A DNA stretch of 64,000 bases from an uncultured Alphaproteobacteria bacterium (GCA_947630965.1 CANRJO010000001.1:5988-69987); one strand, 5' to 3'. Shown: positions 1 through 10,678, counted from the stretch's first letter. A program made the numbers and translations. Notes: a model not told the origin generated them from the letters alone.

Positions 1-441
1 AGCAAACATAGCTTTAACATACATAGTGCCAGGCGCTTTCCCTTAAAATACAGCCTTGCCGTGGTGTGCATTGATGACTATGCCAAGCTCCGGAAAGTTT
101 TTTCCAAAACTGAATTAACGGAGCTTTTAAAACTTGTTTTGATGGTTGTGCACAAAACGCCTGCCGCTTATGATATTTATCGTGATGGAGAAGATGAATT
201 TGTGCTGATTTTCCATAAAGAAGATAAAAAACAGAGCTTTCAATACTTGGAAAACATTCGCCGCGAAATTGCAGGAACAACTTTTGTGCTGAATAAAAAG
301 AAAACAGTCAAAATCACCATTTCTGCAGGCGTGTCCGAGAAAAAACGCAGCGATGCCGATGCTGAAGCCGTTTTAGCCCGCACGCGTGACGTGTTGCAAA
401 AAGCCTATAAATTTACGCAAAACATAACATCTATGGCTTAA
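1..441 (+). CDS. C-terminal fragment of a GGDEF-domain (diguanylate cyclase-like) protein. The frame is open from nt 1, so the gene starts upstream of the window
   Basis: Open frame from position 1 with no upstream stop. GGDEF-domain pattern: D-x-DhFK-like region VVCIDDYAKL, then YRDGEDEFVLIF where RYGG(D/E)EF is expected, then ISAGVS. The motif is degenerate (RDGEDEF). Confidence 0.5.
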   Translation, partial: SKHSFNIHSARRFPLKYSLAVVCIDDYAKLRKVFSKTELTELLKLVLMVVHKTPAAYDIYRDGEDEFVLIFHKEDKKQSFQYLENIRREIAGTTFVLNKKKTVKITISAGVSEKKRSDADAEAVLARTRDVLQKAYKFTQNITSMA

Positions 442-1250
442 AAGCGCTCATCAGGCTTTCTGAGTTTGAGTGTAACGTAAAGAACGCCAAGCCCCAACAC
501 AATAAACGGCAAGGAAAGAATTTGCCCCATCGTAAAGTGCAAGAACACAAAGCCAAGCTGAACGTCAGGCTCACGGAATTGTTCTAAAAATAAACGAAAA
601 CAGCCGTAACCGATTAAAAATATGGCGGAAACAAAGCCATTATGCCGCCGAACCCATTTTTTTTGCCAAAGCAAGTTGAGCACAATAAACAACAGTACCC
701 CCTCGGTTAACGCCTCGTAAATTTGCGAAGGATGCCGCGGTAGATAGCCCCCATTCGGGAACTTTACCGCCCAAGGCACATCCGTGACGCGCCCAAAAAG
801 TTCGTCATTGGCAAAGTTGGCAAGCCGTCCGCAAAAAATGCCGATGGGCGCGTAAAGCGCGGTCAAATCTGTTAAGCTTAAGAACGGATAATTTATCTTG
901 CGTGAACCATACCATAGCGCCAAAATCACGCCAATAATGCCCCCATGGAAAGACATTCCACCATGCCAGATGGCAAAAATCTCTGAGGGATTGTTCCAAA
1001 AAAAGCTTTGCCCGTAAAACAAAACATAGCCGATCCTTCCGCCCAAGACAATGCCGAGCGTGACCCAAAAAACCAAATCTTCCAGTTGGCGGGCGGATAT
1101 AGCTAACTGATATTTTTTAATATTATACTTCACTAGAAACCATGCAGCAATAATACCAAAAAGGTATGCCATAGAATACCAACGAATAGCCATAGGACCA
1201 ATAGAAAATATAATTGGCGAAATATCGGGGTAAGCAAATCCGTTCATCAT
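438..1250 (-). CDS. lgt: Prolipoprotein diacylglyceryl transferase
   Basis: 270 aa, multi-TM, with Lgt signature segments (HGGMSFHGG, GRLANF, YPSQIYE-like PRHPSQIYEAL). Confidence 0.88.
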   Translation of the reverse strand: MMNGFAYPDISPIIFSIGPMAIRWYSMAYLFGIIAAWFLVKYNIKKYQLAISARQLEDLVFWVTLGIVLGGRIGYVLFYGQSFFWNNPSEIFAIWHGGMSFHGGIIGVILALWYGSRKINYPFLSLTDLTALYAPIGIFCGRLANFANDELFGRVTDVPWAVKFPNGGYLPRHPSQIYEALTEGVLLFIVLNLLWQKKWVRRHNGFVSAIFLIGYGCFRLFLEQFREPDVQLGFVFLHFTMGQILSLPFIVLGLGVLYVTLKLRKPDERF

Positions 1251-1480
1251 AAAGTTCCTCTTTTATCGAATTATTTAAAAGTATATTAACATCAAGGTTA
1301 TAATCCACATATAAAATAAAAAATGTACACACAAAAAAATTAAGTATCTGATTTTGAATCATAAAAAAATAAAAAAAAATTTTGTTATGCGAAAAAGTGG
1401 AAAACTTTTTCAAAAAAATTGTTTCACGCGACTCGGCTGATTTATTGTGAAAACAGATTGTCAAACGAAAGGAAGCAAAA

Positions 1481-1969
1481 GTGTTGTCTGCGACTCCTAT
1501 CCAAATAGAGCTTAACCCCATTGATACGGTAGAAGCCATTTTTTTACAAAAATCATATGCTTTTGAGCGCCGCTCTGAAAATGAAGTGGCCGTAGAAATT
1601 GAGGGCAAATGGAACAATATGCTTTTGTTTGTGGCGTGGGAGCAACATTTGCGTTGCCTGCATATTTCGTGCTTAATGAATATCAATGCCGAAATTTCGG
1701 ATTGTAGCCGCATTTTTGAGCTTTTAGCACTGGTTAATGAAAACCTTTGGTTAGGGCATTTTTCATTTTGGAGCGCTCATAGAATGCCCATATTCAAGCA
1801 TTCGGTCATCATCAATCATGAGGAGCAGGATTTTTCAAAAAAACTGGAACAAATTGTGGAAATCGCGGTCAATGAGTGCGAGCAGATGTATCCGGTTTTT
1901 GACGCGGTCATCACAGGGAACATCAGCCCGCAGCAAGCGCTGATGTCCGAACGTTTATTTTTACAATAA
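1481..1969 (+). CDS. YbjN-domain-like hypothetical protein
   Basis: 162 aa soluble protein. GTG start preceded by AAGGAAG. Weak resemblance to the YbjN / putative sensory transduction regulator family. Confidence 0.4.
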   Translation: MLSATPIQIELNPIDTVEAIFLQKSYAFERRSENEVAVEIEGKWNNMLLFVAWEQHLRCLHISCLMNINAEISDCSRIFELLALVNENLWLGHFSFWSAHRMPIFKHSVIINHEEQDFSKKLEQIVEIAVNECEQMYPVFDAVITGNISPQQALMSERLFLQ

Positions 1970-3733
1970 CTAACTTTTCTTAAATTGCGCGTTATAAAGT
2001 GCCGCATAAGCGCCATTTTGCTTTAAAAGGCTTTCATGCGTGCCGGCTTCCACAATCTGCCCGTCATTAATCACGGCAATATGGTCAGCATTTTTAATGG
2101 TTGAAAGCCGGTGAGCAATAATAAAGACCGTGCGGTTTTTCATCAAATTTTCAATAGCTTTTTGCACAATAGCTTCTGATTTATTATCAAGGGCGGAGGT
2201 TGCCTCATCTAAAATAACAATTGGCGTATCTTTAATGAGGGCGCGTGCAATGGCAAGGCGTTGTTTTTGCCCGCCAGAAAGGAGTGTGCCGCGTTCCCCT
2301 ATTTCCGTATCAAGCCCCTCGGGCAAGCCTTGAACAAAATCATCTAAATAAACAAGTTTCAAAACTTTCCAAATTTCTTTTTCAGTTGCGTCAGGTTTGC
2401 CAAACAAAATATTATCGCGAATGGAGCCCGAGAACAAAAAATTATCCTGAAAAACAACGGCAATTTGCTCACGCAAAGAAGTGAGCGTATAGGTGCGGAT
2501 ATCTTTGCCGTTAATTAAAATTTGCCCGCCACAGACATCGTAAAAACGGGGCAGTAGGTTCACGAGCGTTGTTTTACCGCCGCCAGAGTTACCAACAAGA
2601 GCAATACTGGAGCCGTGTGGCACGGAAAGATTAATATCTTTCAAAACGAGTGTGTCTGGTATGTAAGAAAAATTAACATGCTCAAAAACGATAGAACCCT
2701 TTATTTTTTCAAGCTTTTGGGCATTTTTGCAATCGGTAATCTGCGGTTTCAGATACAAAAGTTCAAAAATACGCTCAATAGCTAAAAAGGAGATCTGCAC
2801 ATTATTAAAACTTTTGCCGATGTTCTTAATAGGCGTATATAAAAGAACCAAGGCGGTAATGAAAGAAACAAAATTACCGGCTGAAATTTTGTGCTCTACA
2901 ATAAGAGTGCTGCCATACCAAATAACGCCGCCGATCCCCGCGGAAACAATAATGTGCATCAACGGTGTAATCCACCCTGTTTTTTGAACAATTTTAATGG
3001 TCAACTTAAATATTTGCTTTAATGTTTCATCAAAGCGCTGGTAGATAATATTTTGCAAATTATAAGCGGAGATGGTTTTATGCCCGCTGTGCGTTTCATT
3101 ATAGACGGTAAATGTTTTGGTAGATTCCTCAACACTTTTGCTCACGCTTTTTTTAATGCGGCGCTTAACGGAGGTTAAGGGCAAAAGCGAGCAAAACAAA
3201 ACCACAATAGCAATAATGGAAAGCTGCCATGAATTATAAATCAGCACGCACACAAGCGAAAACGACGAGAAAAATTGTGTGATAAAGGTTTTAAGGTTAG
3301 CAAGCAAGCCGTTGCAGGCCGTGTCCGTATCGGAAGAAAAGCGCTGAATAATGAGCCCCGAGTTATGCGCGTCAAAAAAGGCGGTTTCCAAGGAAAGAAG
3401 TTTTTGAAACAAAACGCGCTTTAAGTCTTGGTTAATTTTGGTGCCAACCCAAGTATTCATATAATTTGCAGCATAATTTAAGCCGCCTTGGATGGTTGTG
3501 AAAGCAATAATTAAAAAAGGAATATAATCAGGCGATTGTGCTGATTTATCAACCAAAACAATATCCATATAAGGTTTGAGCGAAAGGGCAACAACCGAAT
3601 CCAGAGCGCCAATCGGAATAGAAAGCAAAACAGCCAAAATTGCCCTAAACAAATAAGGCTTAACAAAGGGCCACATGACGCGATAATGCTCTGAAAAGTT
3701 CATTTTCAAGACAGGAATATTTTCTTTAGACAT
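1970..3733 (-). CDS. ABC transporter permease/ATP-binding protein (MsbA-like exporter)
   Basis: N-terminal 6-TM domain followed by an NBD with Walker A GNSGGGKTT, ABC signature LSGGQKQR and Walker B ILDEATSALD. Start moved to the ATG at M24 (MSKENIPVL), which overlaps the stop of the upstream gene (TAATG). Confidence 0.82.
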   Translation of the reverse strand: MSKENIPVLKMNFSEHYRVMWPFVKPYLFRAILAVLLSIPIGALDSVVALSLKPYMDIVLVDKSAQSPDYIPFLIIAFTTIQGGLNYAANYMNTWVGTKINQDLKRVLFQKLLSLETAFFDAHNSGLIIQRFSSDTDTACNGLLANLKTFITQFFSSFSLVCVLIYNSWQLSIIAIVVLFCSLLPLTSVKRRIKKSVSKSVEESTKTFTVYNETHSGHKTISAYNLQNIIYQRFDETLKQIFKLTIKIVQKTGWITPLMHIIVSAGIGGVIWYGSTLIVEHKISAGNFVSFITALVLLYTPIKNIGKSFNNVQISFLAIERIFELLYLKPQITDCKNAQKLEKIKGSIVFEHVNFSYIPDTLVLKDINLSVPHGSSIALVGNSGGGKTTLVNLLPRFYDVCGGQILINGKDIRTYTLTSLREQIAVVFQDNFLFSGSIRDNILFGKPDATEKEIWKVLKLVYLDDFVQGLPEGLDTEIGERGTLLSGGQKQRLAIARALIKDTPIVILDEATSALDNKSEAIVQKAIENLMKNRTVFIIAHRLSTIKNADHIAVINDGQIVEAGTHESLLKQNGAYAALYNAQFKKS

Positions 3734-4188
3734 TAGTGCAAAAATCCTAAATAGTTCAAAATAAAATAAATGAGGCTGATTTGAAAAACAAGCATCAGCC
3801 AAAACATAGTTTGATAGCTTTTTTTCTTGGTTTTATGATGAAAAAACTTTTGTGCCAGATAAGCAAAAATCCAACCACCTAAGAGTTCCAAAGTATGCAG
3901 CCTTGCCTCGCTCACGCGCCAATCGCCACGCTTAGCGGCACGTTTATCAAGACCATATGCCAAAAAAGTGACGGCATTAATAGATACAAGGTGATATACA
4001 ATTAAAAGCAAAAAAGTTTTATATTGAAAAGGGGGCAGTTTGAAACAATATGTTTCTGTCAAATAAGCGGCACCCACGACAAGAGCAAAATGCAAAATAA
4101 AAAAAGGATTGCGTTGCAAAGGGCGGACAAGAACCAACAAAAGCCCCAAAACGGCTGTAAAAGTCAATATCATCTTAAAGAACCTCAA
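3733..4188 (-). CDS. DUF1294-family small membrane protein
   Basis: 151 aa, 3-4 TM. Carries the DKRAAKRGDWRVSE...GGW...FHHKT motif typical of DUF1294. Translationally coupled to the ABC exporter. Confidence 0.55.
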   Translation of the reverse strand: MRFFKMILTFTAVLGLLLVLVRPLQRNPFFILHFALVVGAAYLTETYCFKLPPFQYKTFLLLIVYHLVSINAVTFLAYGLDKRAAKRGDWRVSEARLHTLELLGGWIFAYLAQKFFHHKTKKKSYQTMFWLMLVFQISLIYFILNYLGFLH

Positions 4189-4309
4189 TTAAGCCCAACT
4201 CTATAATATTTTTTTGAAAAACGCAAATAGATAATTATATAAAAATAAAAATTGCATTTTGTGTCAATTTCGTTTATATTATCGCTAAAAGTATAAAAAT
4301 AAGGAGATT

Positions 4310-5053
4310 GTGATGAATAAAATTATAACCTTAAGTTTAACATTCTTGCTTGCTGCATGTGCCGCAAACCAAGGCGGTAACCAAGTTCGCCCGCTTTATT
4401 CTGAGCGCAATGATTTGGTTTTGGCTTACGCGAATCCGGCGCCAACCCAAACTTGTCAAAATTGTCAATGTCAAGGGCAAGGGAGTTCTTGTCAAAATTG
4501 TCAATATGTGCCAGATGCTTGCCGTGAGGTTTTGCGCCCACGCATTACCCAAATAACCATTAAGGAAACATGCCGCTCATGTCCTGTGGATAAACAAGCA
4601 ATCATTTGCGGTAATACCACATGCCCAACCTTTAAAGAAAAAGAGACGGTGCTTGAAACAAATCAGTTTACGGTACCGGCAATGCCTGAGGCGTATCGCT
4701 TGGCATCAAAACGCGCCTATGAGCGTATGGAAAGAGCAAATATGGGTTGGTGCACGCAAAAACCCGCCATATTCGTCCAATCCGCTCAAGTCTTAAGCGC
4801 TGATTTACCGGCAGGAACGGATAGCGGCGTTGCGGAGATGAAAAAACAAATTTCCGAAAGTTCAGCGTTTACGTTGTCTTCAGACGCTTCTAAAGCGGAT
4901 TACACCTTAGAAACAACAGTTGATTGGTTTGATACGCCCACAAAGCAGGTTCCCGCCATACAATACCGCGTGGTTGTTTACGATCAAAAACATAACCGTG
5001 TAGATGAATGGGTTGAAATTGTCAAATTTGCCGATAATCAAAGTTGGATCTAA
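4310..5053 (+). CDS. Lipoprotein with a Cys-rich N-terminal region (hypothetical)
   Basis: Lipobox LTFLLAAC. CxxC-type repeats CQNCQCQGQGSSCQNCQ. GTG start after AAGGAG. Confidence 0.5.
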   Translation: MMNKIITLSLTFLLAACAANQGGNQVRPLYSERNDLVLAYANPAPTQTCQNCQCQGQGSSCQNCQYVPDACREVLRPRITQITIKETCRSCPVDKQAIICGNTTCPTFKEKETVLETNQFTVPAMPEAYRLASKRAYERMERANMGWCTQKPAIFVQSAQVLSADLPAGTDSGVAEMKKQISESSAFTLSSDASKADYTLETTVDWFDTPTKQVPAIQYRVVVYDQKHNRVDEWVEIVKFADNQSWI

Positions 5054-5950
5054 ATGCGGTTTTGGGGACTATTCGTTTTTGTTTTAAGCATGGCGTTTTC
5101 AGCGGCGGCTGCGCCCAAAAACGCTGTGCTTGACATTAACGGTATGGCTTGTGAAGAGGCCTTAACCGGCGAGAGCCGCGCAGGTGCGCGTATTCGTGCA
5201 TCGGACAAGGCGGTTTTTAATGGCATCAAAAGGCAAGAAACGCTCAAGCCTTATTTTCAAGAATTAAATGATCATGACGCCAATGTTTTTATCTATCGTT
5301 TGGTAGATGAATATATTGAAGATTTATCCGTTCGGGTAATGCCCTCAACGGCAGATAACGTGTGTGTTGAAATTCGCGGGCATTTATCGGCATCGGCGGT
5401 CCAAGAAGCTTATGATGCTTTTGTAACGGAAAGAAGCACTTTCAAAGAAGTCAAACCCGAAGTGGTGGAAGAAATTGTTGAAAAAGTAGGCGAAGAAATT
5501 GCCTTAACACCGGATAATCCCACAGAGTTGGCGCTCATTTACATTGACAGCGTGCTCTTTTTTGATGGCACAAAATCGGCAAAGCAAAGTGAGGTTTTAA
5601 AGAAATTGTATGCTGATAACCCTTATTTTTACCTCACGGAAGATGCCGAAATAGCAGATTACGTGATTCGCCCGAAAGTTTTAACCGCAAAGGTAGATAA
5701 AACAGGCGCCAATCAAAATCGGTTGCACATGGTTGTCATGTTGGAAATTGAGGGGCTGACCGATGATCTTTCAGGTGAATATCAAAACCGCTATGTCCTT
5801 TTTGATGATAGTGAAGATAAACAAAACATTGCCAACAAAATGTTAGATAAGCTCCTTGAGTTAGCAGGGCAAAACCTTTTAGGTAAAATTGAAGATAACG
5901 AACAACGTAAACTGGAAAGAAAAGCGCTTGGAAGAGAGTTAAATTCCTGA
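5054..5950 (+). CDS. Secreted hypothetical protein
   Basis: Signal peptide [20 protein letters not shown]. The ATG immediately follows the stop of the upstream lipoprotein gene, suggesting an operon. Internal duplication-like segments. Confidence 0.5.
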   Translation: MRFWGLFVFVLSMAFSAAAAPKNAVLDINGMACEEALTGESRAGARIRASDKAVFNGIKRQETLKPYFQELNDHDANVFIYRLVDEYIEDLSVRVMPSTADNVCVEIRGHLSASAVQEAYDAFVTERSTFKEVKPEVVEEIVEKVGEEIALTPDNPTELALIYIDSVLFFDGTKSAKQSEVLKKLYADNPYFYLTEDAEIADYVIRPKVLTAKVDKTGANQNRLHMVVMLEIEGLTDDLSGEYQNRYVLFDDSEDKQNIANKMLDKLLELAGQNLLGKIEDNEQRKLERKALGRELNS

Positions 5951-6385
5951 TTTTTCAAGCATAAATGTTGCAGGTCCGTCATTAATAAGGCTCACTTTCA
6001 TATCAGCCTGAAACACGCCGTTTTGCACGCTTAAACCGTAGTTTTTCAAGAGTTTTGAAAAATAAAGATAAAGTTTTTGAGCGTCATCAGGTTTCGCGGC
6101 CAAATCAAACCCCGGTCGGTTACCGCGAGATAAATCAGCAGCAAGCGTAAATTGTGAAACAACCAAAATTTCGCCTGAAATATCCTGAACAGAAAGGTTC
6201 ATTTTGCCTTGCGGATCCTCAAAAATGCGCAAATCTTTCACTTTTCGTGCCAAATAGTCGGCGCATATAGGCGTATCATTTTTTTCAACCCCGATGAAGA
6301 GGAGCAGGCCTTTGCCGATGGCAGAAACAATTTGCCCGTCAACAGAAACAGAAGCTTGAGAAACGCGTTGGAGCAAAATCTTCAT
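5939..6385 (-). CDS. dtd: D-aminoacyl-tRNA deacylase
   Basis: [17 protein letters not shown]...SQFTL...GNRPGF matches the Dtd family. Start placed at M15 after a GAGG RBS. Confidence 0.85.
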   Translation of the reverse strand: MKILLQRVSQASVSVDGQIVSAIGKGLLLFIGVEKNDTPICADYLARKVKDLRIFEDPQGKMNLSVQDISGEILVVSQFTLAADLSRGNRPGFDLAAKPDDAQKLYLYFSKLLKNYGLSVQNGVFQADMKVSLINDGPATFMLEKSGI

Positions 6386-6393
6386 TTGAAACC

Positions 6394-7620
6394 TCAATAA
6401 AACAGATAAGAAAGACAAATGGCACAAACAATGCCAACAACATCAGCAAACAACGCCAAAGGTAAGGCGCTGCGTGTTTTCACAATTTTAACGGCGCCAA
6501 AATAAACCGCCAAAACATAAAATGTTGTTTCTGTAGACCCCTGAATAACAGCAGCGGTAAATGCCTCAAAGCTGTCCGCGCCGTAGGTTTGCATGGCATC
6601 AATCATCATGGCGCGAGCGCCGCTGCCAGAAAGCGGCTTCATCAAAGCGGTCGGCAGAGCAGGGACAAAATCGGCATTCATCTGAAAGCTTTCAAGAGCG
6701 GAAGAAACAGCACCAAGTATCATATGAAGAACGCCACTGGCATTCAAAGCCGCAATGGCAGTAAGCATGGCAACAAGGTACGGAATAAGCCGCACAGCAA
6801 TTTCAAAGCCTTCTTTAGCGCCCTCAATGAATGTTTCGTATAAATTAAGCGAACGCCGTATGCCTGCTATGAAGAACAAAAAGATAAGAGCACAGAGAAC
6901 AAAATTCCCACAGCCGCCCGCAGCTTGCAGACGCGTCTCGGCGGGTAAATGGTAAAAGTATAAAACAATGCCACCGATAACGAGCACAAAAGATAAAAGA
7001 TATAAGAGAACAACCTTATCAAACACTTTAAGCTTTTGTACAAAGGCCGTTGCTAAAAAGCCGGCAAGGGTGGAGGCGGAAGTGGCAAGCAAAATCGGGA
7101 TAAAGACAGCAGCGGGGTTAATTGCGCCAAACTGCGCCCGATACATCAAAATAGAAATCGGCAGAACGGTCACGGCGGAGGCATTGATAACCATAAACAT
7201 AATTTGTGCGTTGGAAGCAGTATCTTTTTTGGGGTTAAGCTGTTGCATTTGCTCCATGGCTTTCAAACCCATCGGCGTAGCGGCATTATCCAATCCAAGC
7301 ATATTGGCGGCAATGTTCATTACAATGGAGCCCAAAGCGGGATGATGCGGCGGAATTTGCGGAAAAATTCGCTTAAAAAGGGGTGAAAGCGCTTTGGCAA
7401 GAAGGTCTGTTAAGCCGGACTTTTCGGCAATTTTAAGAAGCCCCAACCAAAACGCAAGCATACCTGTCAGTTGCAGGCAAAGCATAAACGCATTTTGCGC
7501 GGCGGTGGTCAGATCATTCACAAGCGTTGTCCAAATGGCAACGTCGCCACATAAACTTTGATAGCCCGCCGCGATAAAAGCAATAAGGAAAAAACTGCAC
7601 CAAATGATATTAAGCATCAA
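6394..7620 (-). CDS. Nucleoside-recognition (Gate) domain membrane protein, SpmA/SpmB-like fusion
   Basis: 408 aa polytopic membrane protein with two Gate-like halves. Confidence 0.55.
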   Translation of the reverse strand: MMLNIIWCSFFLIAFIAAGYQSLCGDVAIWTTLVNDLTTAAQNAFMLCLQLTGMLAFWLGLLKIAEKSGLTDLLAKALSPLFKRIFPQIPPHHPALGSIVMNIAANMLGLDNAATPMGLKAMEQMQQLNPKKDTASNAQIMFMVINASAVTVLPISILMYRAQFGAINPAAVFIPILLATSASTLAGFLATAFVQKLKVFDKVVLLYLLSFVLVIGGIVLYFYHLPAETRLQAAGGCGNFVLCALIFLFFIAGIRRSLNLYETFIEGAKEGFEIAVRLIPYLVAMLTAIAALNASGVLHMILGAVSSALESFQMNADFVPALPTALMKPLSGSGARAMMIDAMQTYGADSFEAFTAAVIQGSTETTFYVLAVYFGAVKIVKTRSALPLALFADVVGIVCAICLSYLFY

Positions 7621-7715
7621 AAAATCCTTTTCAAAGTTTAATTCAAATTAGCACTGAATTTTTAATATTTTATTATGAAATATGGAATAAAATACAAAAA
7701 AACAAAGGAGGAAAA

Positions 7716-8288
7716 ATGGAAACGAACTTACCCTGGATAATACTTGCGCTTCTGGTTTTAGGTGTTTTTTATGCCTTATATGTTTCGCTTGTGAAAAAGA
7801 AAAATAAAGTTAAAGAAGCTTCTGCAGATGTAGATGTTCAGTTAAAAAAACGTTATGATTTAATCCCGAATTTGTTAAATATGGCGGCAAAATTTATGGC
7901 GCATGAAAAATCTTTGATGGAGGAGATTGTCAAGCTCCGTGCTGATGCCTCGAGGACGGATTTCAAGACCGACCCGCGTGAAAGCATAGCTTTAGATGAA
8001 AAACTCAATCAAAAACTTAAAGATTTTTGGCTGACGGTTGAAAATTATCCGGATTTGAAATCTAATCAGACCATGGTGGAAGCCATGCAAAGGTTTAATG
8101 AAGCGGAGGAGCACATTGCCGCCGCCCGCCGTTTTTATAATGCTGCTGTCAATGAGTTAAAAAATGCAACAGAGATTTTCCCCTCTTCCCTGGTAGCATT
8201 AATGCTCGGCATCAAGGCGGATATGCCTTATTTTGAAGCGGAGCAGGAAGCCAAACAACGCATTAACGCTAATGAGTTTCTGAAATGA
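7716..8288 (+). CDS. lemA: LemA family protein
   Basis: N-terminal TM, then LKKRYDLIPNL...AARRFYNAAVNELKN, the characteristic LemA pattern. Confidence 0.85.
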   Translation: METNLPWIILALLVLGVFYALYVSLVKKKNKVKEASADVDVQLKKRYDLIPNLLNMAAKFMAHEKSLMEEIVKLRADASRTDFKTDPRESIALDEKLNQKLKDFWLTVENYPDLKSNQTMVEAMQRFNEAEEHIAAARRFYNAAVNELKNATEIFPSSLVALMLGIKADMPYFEAEQEAKQRINANEFLK

Positions 8289-9247
8289 TAATAGAAATTG
8301 ATGACATAGATAAAGAGGCATACCTTGATTCAAAAGAAAAGTTTGAAGAATATTATGCCAAGCAAATAGAGCCTGTCTTAAAAGAAAAGGAAAAAGTGCG
8401 TCAAAAGTATGTTGGGCAATTTTGGACGCTGCTTTTATTTTCAGTGTTTATCTTTCCGATGCTTATTATTGTAGCTTTTTATTTAAGTCGGTATCAGAGT
8501 ATGGAGATTAACGAAGGCATTTTCGGCATCCTTTTTGCCATACTCATATTCATCATTCGCGGACCTTATGAGAAATATAAAAAGACAGTCAAAAATGATA
8601 TCATGAATGTGTTTATCAACTTTTTTGAAGGTTTCAAATATGGCGGAAAAGGCATGAATATTGATGATTTACGTCAAAGTCGCCTTGTGCCTGATTTTGA
8701 TTATGCCCGCCCGGATGATTGCTTTGAAGGCGTGTATCAAGGTGTGCGGATAAATGTTTCAGAAGAGTTTCTAACCCGTGATGTTCAAACCCGTAAAGGC
8801 ACACGAGAGGTAACGGTGTTTCAGGGCATTATTGTGGAAATGGATATGAATAAAGCTTTTAAAGGCGAAACAATTGCCTTGGTAGATTCCGGAATTTTTA
8901 ACTTTTTCCGTAAGTTCGAAGGGCTTGAGAATGTCAAACTTGAAGATGTTGCATTTGAAAAAGCGTTTGAAATTTATTCTTCTGATCAGGTTGAAGCTCG
9001 TTATCTTTTAACACCGGCTTTTATGGAGCGGATATTTAAGTTGCAAAAATTATTTGAGAGCAAAAAAATAAGCGTTGGGTTTAAAAATCAAAAAATAACG
9101 GTGGCGATTGATACGCAGGAAGATATGTTTGAACCTTGCTCTTTCTTTAAAACAAACGTAAACAAAGCCAAAATAGATAAAGTTTTTGAAGAGTTCTGGA
9201 CGATTTTTTCAATGGTACACGTCCTTAAGCTCAATCAACACATCTAA
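8285..9247 (+). CDS. DUF3137-like membrane protein, LemA partner
   Basis: Overlaps the lemA stop (ATGA). 320 aa with a central TM pair. LemA-DUF3137 is a recurrent gene pair. Confidence 0.55.
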   Translation: MIIEIDDIDKEAYLDSKEKFEEYYAKQIEPVLKEKEKVRQKYVGQFWTLLLFSVFIFPMLIIVAFYLSRYQSMEINEGIFGILFAILIFIIRGPYEKYKKTVKNDIMNVFINFFEGFKYGGKGMNIDDLRQSRLVPDFDYARPDDCFEGVYQGVRINVSEEFLTRDVQTRKGTREVTVFQGIIVEMDMNKAFKGETIALVDSGIFNFFRKFEGLENVKLEDVAFEKAFEIYSSDQVEARYLLTPAFMERIFKLQKLFESKKISVGFKNQKITVAIDTQEDMFEPCSFFKTNVNKAKIDKVFEEFWTIFSMVHVLKLNQHI

Positions 9248-9250
9248 AAA

Positions 9251-9925
9251 TTAAGAGGCTTTCTTTGTTTTAAGAAAGTGATATTGAAGCATGATAATCA
9301 GCACAAGATAAGGTAGAAATACTTCCGAGCTTTCTTCTAAAAGTGACCATATTTCAATTTGGTTGCGCGGCAATGAAACATCATGATGCGCGCTGCGCCA
9401 ATTACCGGGGAAGCGGTCAGCAAACTTGGCAAAGACCAAGACTGTGCAAAAAACAGCAGTTGACCAGGTAATGGTGTTGAGCTTAAAGAAAGAAACAATC
9501 AAATGCTTGGCATATTTTACTCCCAGATAGAAAAGGGCGCCAAAGATAATAAGCAAAATCAGCCCGAAAATAATTTTTTCACTCAACGGGTTATCGGGGT
9601 TTAAGAAAAAGCGTGATTTAAAAGGGGTGCTATCCGTGCGTGAAAGGTGGTGCTGAATGCCGGCCTCACGCAAAAATGCGGCAATGCCCAAGAACAGATA
9701 AATTCCCCAATCGGTCATGCGGGAAGCGTAATCTTTGCTCAAAAAAAGCATACCGGCAAGCATCAAGACATAACCGAGATTTGTAAAAAATTCCAAAATT
9801 TGCCCGTCTTCCGTTATAAGAAATTTATCTTGCGGAAAATAAATAAGCACAACGCCAAGCAAGGCGCCCCAACAAAGTATGAAGAAAAGAGGGCTAAAAA
9901 AGGGGGAAAGAAAAATTTTTTTCAT
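9251..9925 (-). CDS. Hypothetical polytopic membrane protein
   Basis: 224 aa, 5-6 predicted TM segments. No recognisable motif. Confidence 0.4.
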   Translation of the reverse strand: MKKIFLSPFFSPLFFILCWGALLGVVLIYFPQDKFLITEDGQILEFFTNLGYVLMLAGMLFLSKDYASRMTDWGIYLFLGIAAFLREAGIQHHLSRTDSTPFKSRFFLNPDNPLSEKIIFGLILLIIFGALFYLGVKYAKHLIVSFFKLNTITWSTAVFCTVLVFAKFADRFPGNWRSAHHDVSLPRNQIEIWSLLEESSEVFLPYLVLIIMLQYHFLKTKKAS

Positions 9926-9940
9926 GATTTCATCCTTTCA

Positions 9941-10678
9941 TTACATTGAAAAATTATCACCCAAATAAACTTTGCGGACTTCTTTGTTGGCAACAATCTC
10001 TTCAGGTGTTCCCTCCATCAGAACACATCCGCCATGCAGAATATAGGCGCGGTCAATAATGTCAAGAGTTTCCCGCACATTATGATCCGTAATTAGCACG
10101 CCCAAACCGCGGTTTTTAAGCTGTGAAACGAGTGATCTGATTTCCCCCACAGCAATCGGGTCAATACCCGCAAGAGGTTCGTCAAGCAAAATAAAGTCGG
10201 GGTTGCTCGCCAGAGCGCGCGCAATTTCCAAACGCCGCCGCTCACCGCCCGAAAGCGCAATCGCGGGCGATTTCCGCAAATGCGCAATGGAAAACTCGCT
10301 CAAAAGTTGTTCAAGCGTGTTTTCGCGCTTGCTTTCATCATCTTCCACAATTTCCAAAATAGCTTTAATATTATCTTCCACGGAAAGCGTACGGAAGATG
10401 GAAGCCTCTTGCGGTAGATAGCCGATTCCCATTCGTGCACGCCGATACATCGGTAAGCTTGTAATATCTTGCCCGTTAATATGCACATCGCCGTAATCAG
10501 GTGTAATAAGCCCTGTCACACAGTAGAAGCAGGTTGTTTTTCCGGCGCCGTTCGGTCCCAAAAGCCCCACAGCCTCGCCACGGCGCACATGGAGCGAAAC
10601 ATTCTTAAGAACAGCACGGTTCTTATATTTTTTGCCGATATTAAAAATTTCCAAAACAGAATCTTGATTATTTTTCAT
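9941..10678 (-). CDS. lptB: LPS export ABC transporter ATP-binding protein
   Basis: 245 aa. GPNGAGKTT Walker A, LSGGERRRLEIARAL signature, ILLDEPLAGIDP. Synteny with LptC/LptA-like and kdsD genes. Confidence 0.88.
   Translation of the reverse strand: MKNNQDSVLEIFNIGKKYKNRAVLKNVSLHVRRGEAVGLLGPNGAGKTTCFYCVTGLITPDYGDVHINGQDITSLPMYRRARMGIGYLPQEASIFRTLSVEDNIKAILEIVEDDESKRENTLEQLLSEFSIAHLRKSPAIALSGGERRRLEIARALASNPDFILLDEPLAGIDPIAVGEIRSLVSQLKNRGLGVLITDHNVRETLDIIDRAYILHGGCVLMEGTPEEIVANKEVRKVYLGDNFSM

Noticed and set aside
1970-3802. TTG-initiated extended start of the ABC exporter (and the ATG at 34233 for the giant AsmA-family protein)
   Set aside because: The extensions encode non-conserved residues overlapping neighbouring genes or promoter regions. 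Internal starts with an RBS, or a TAATG coupling, fit better.
4323-4556. Three overlapping 68-72 aa ORFs on both strands inside the lipoprotein gene
   Set aside because: They are fully embedded in the signal-peptide and Cys-repeat coding region of the 4310-5053 gene. They are artefacts of the repetitive CAAAATTGTCAA sequence.
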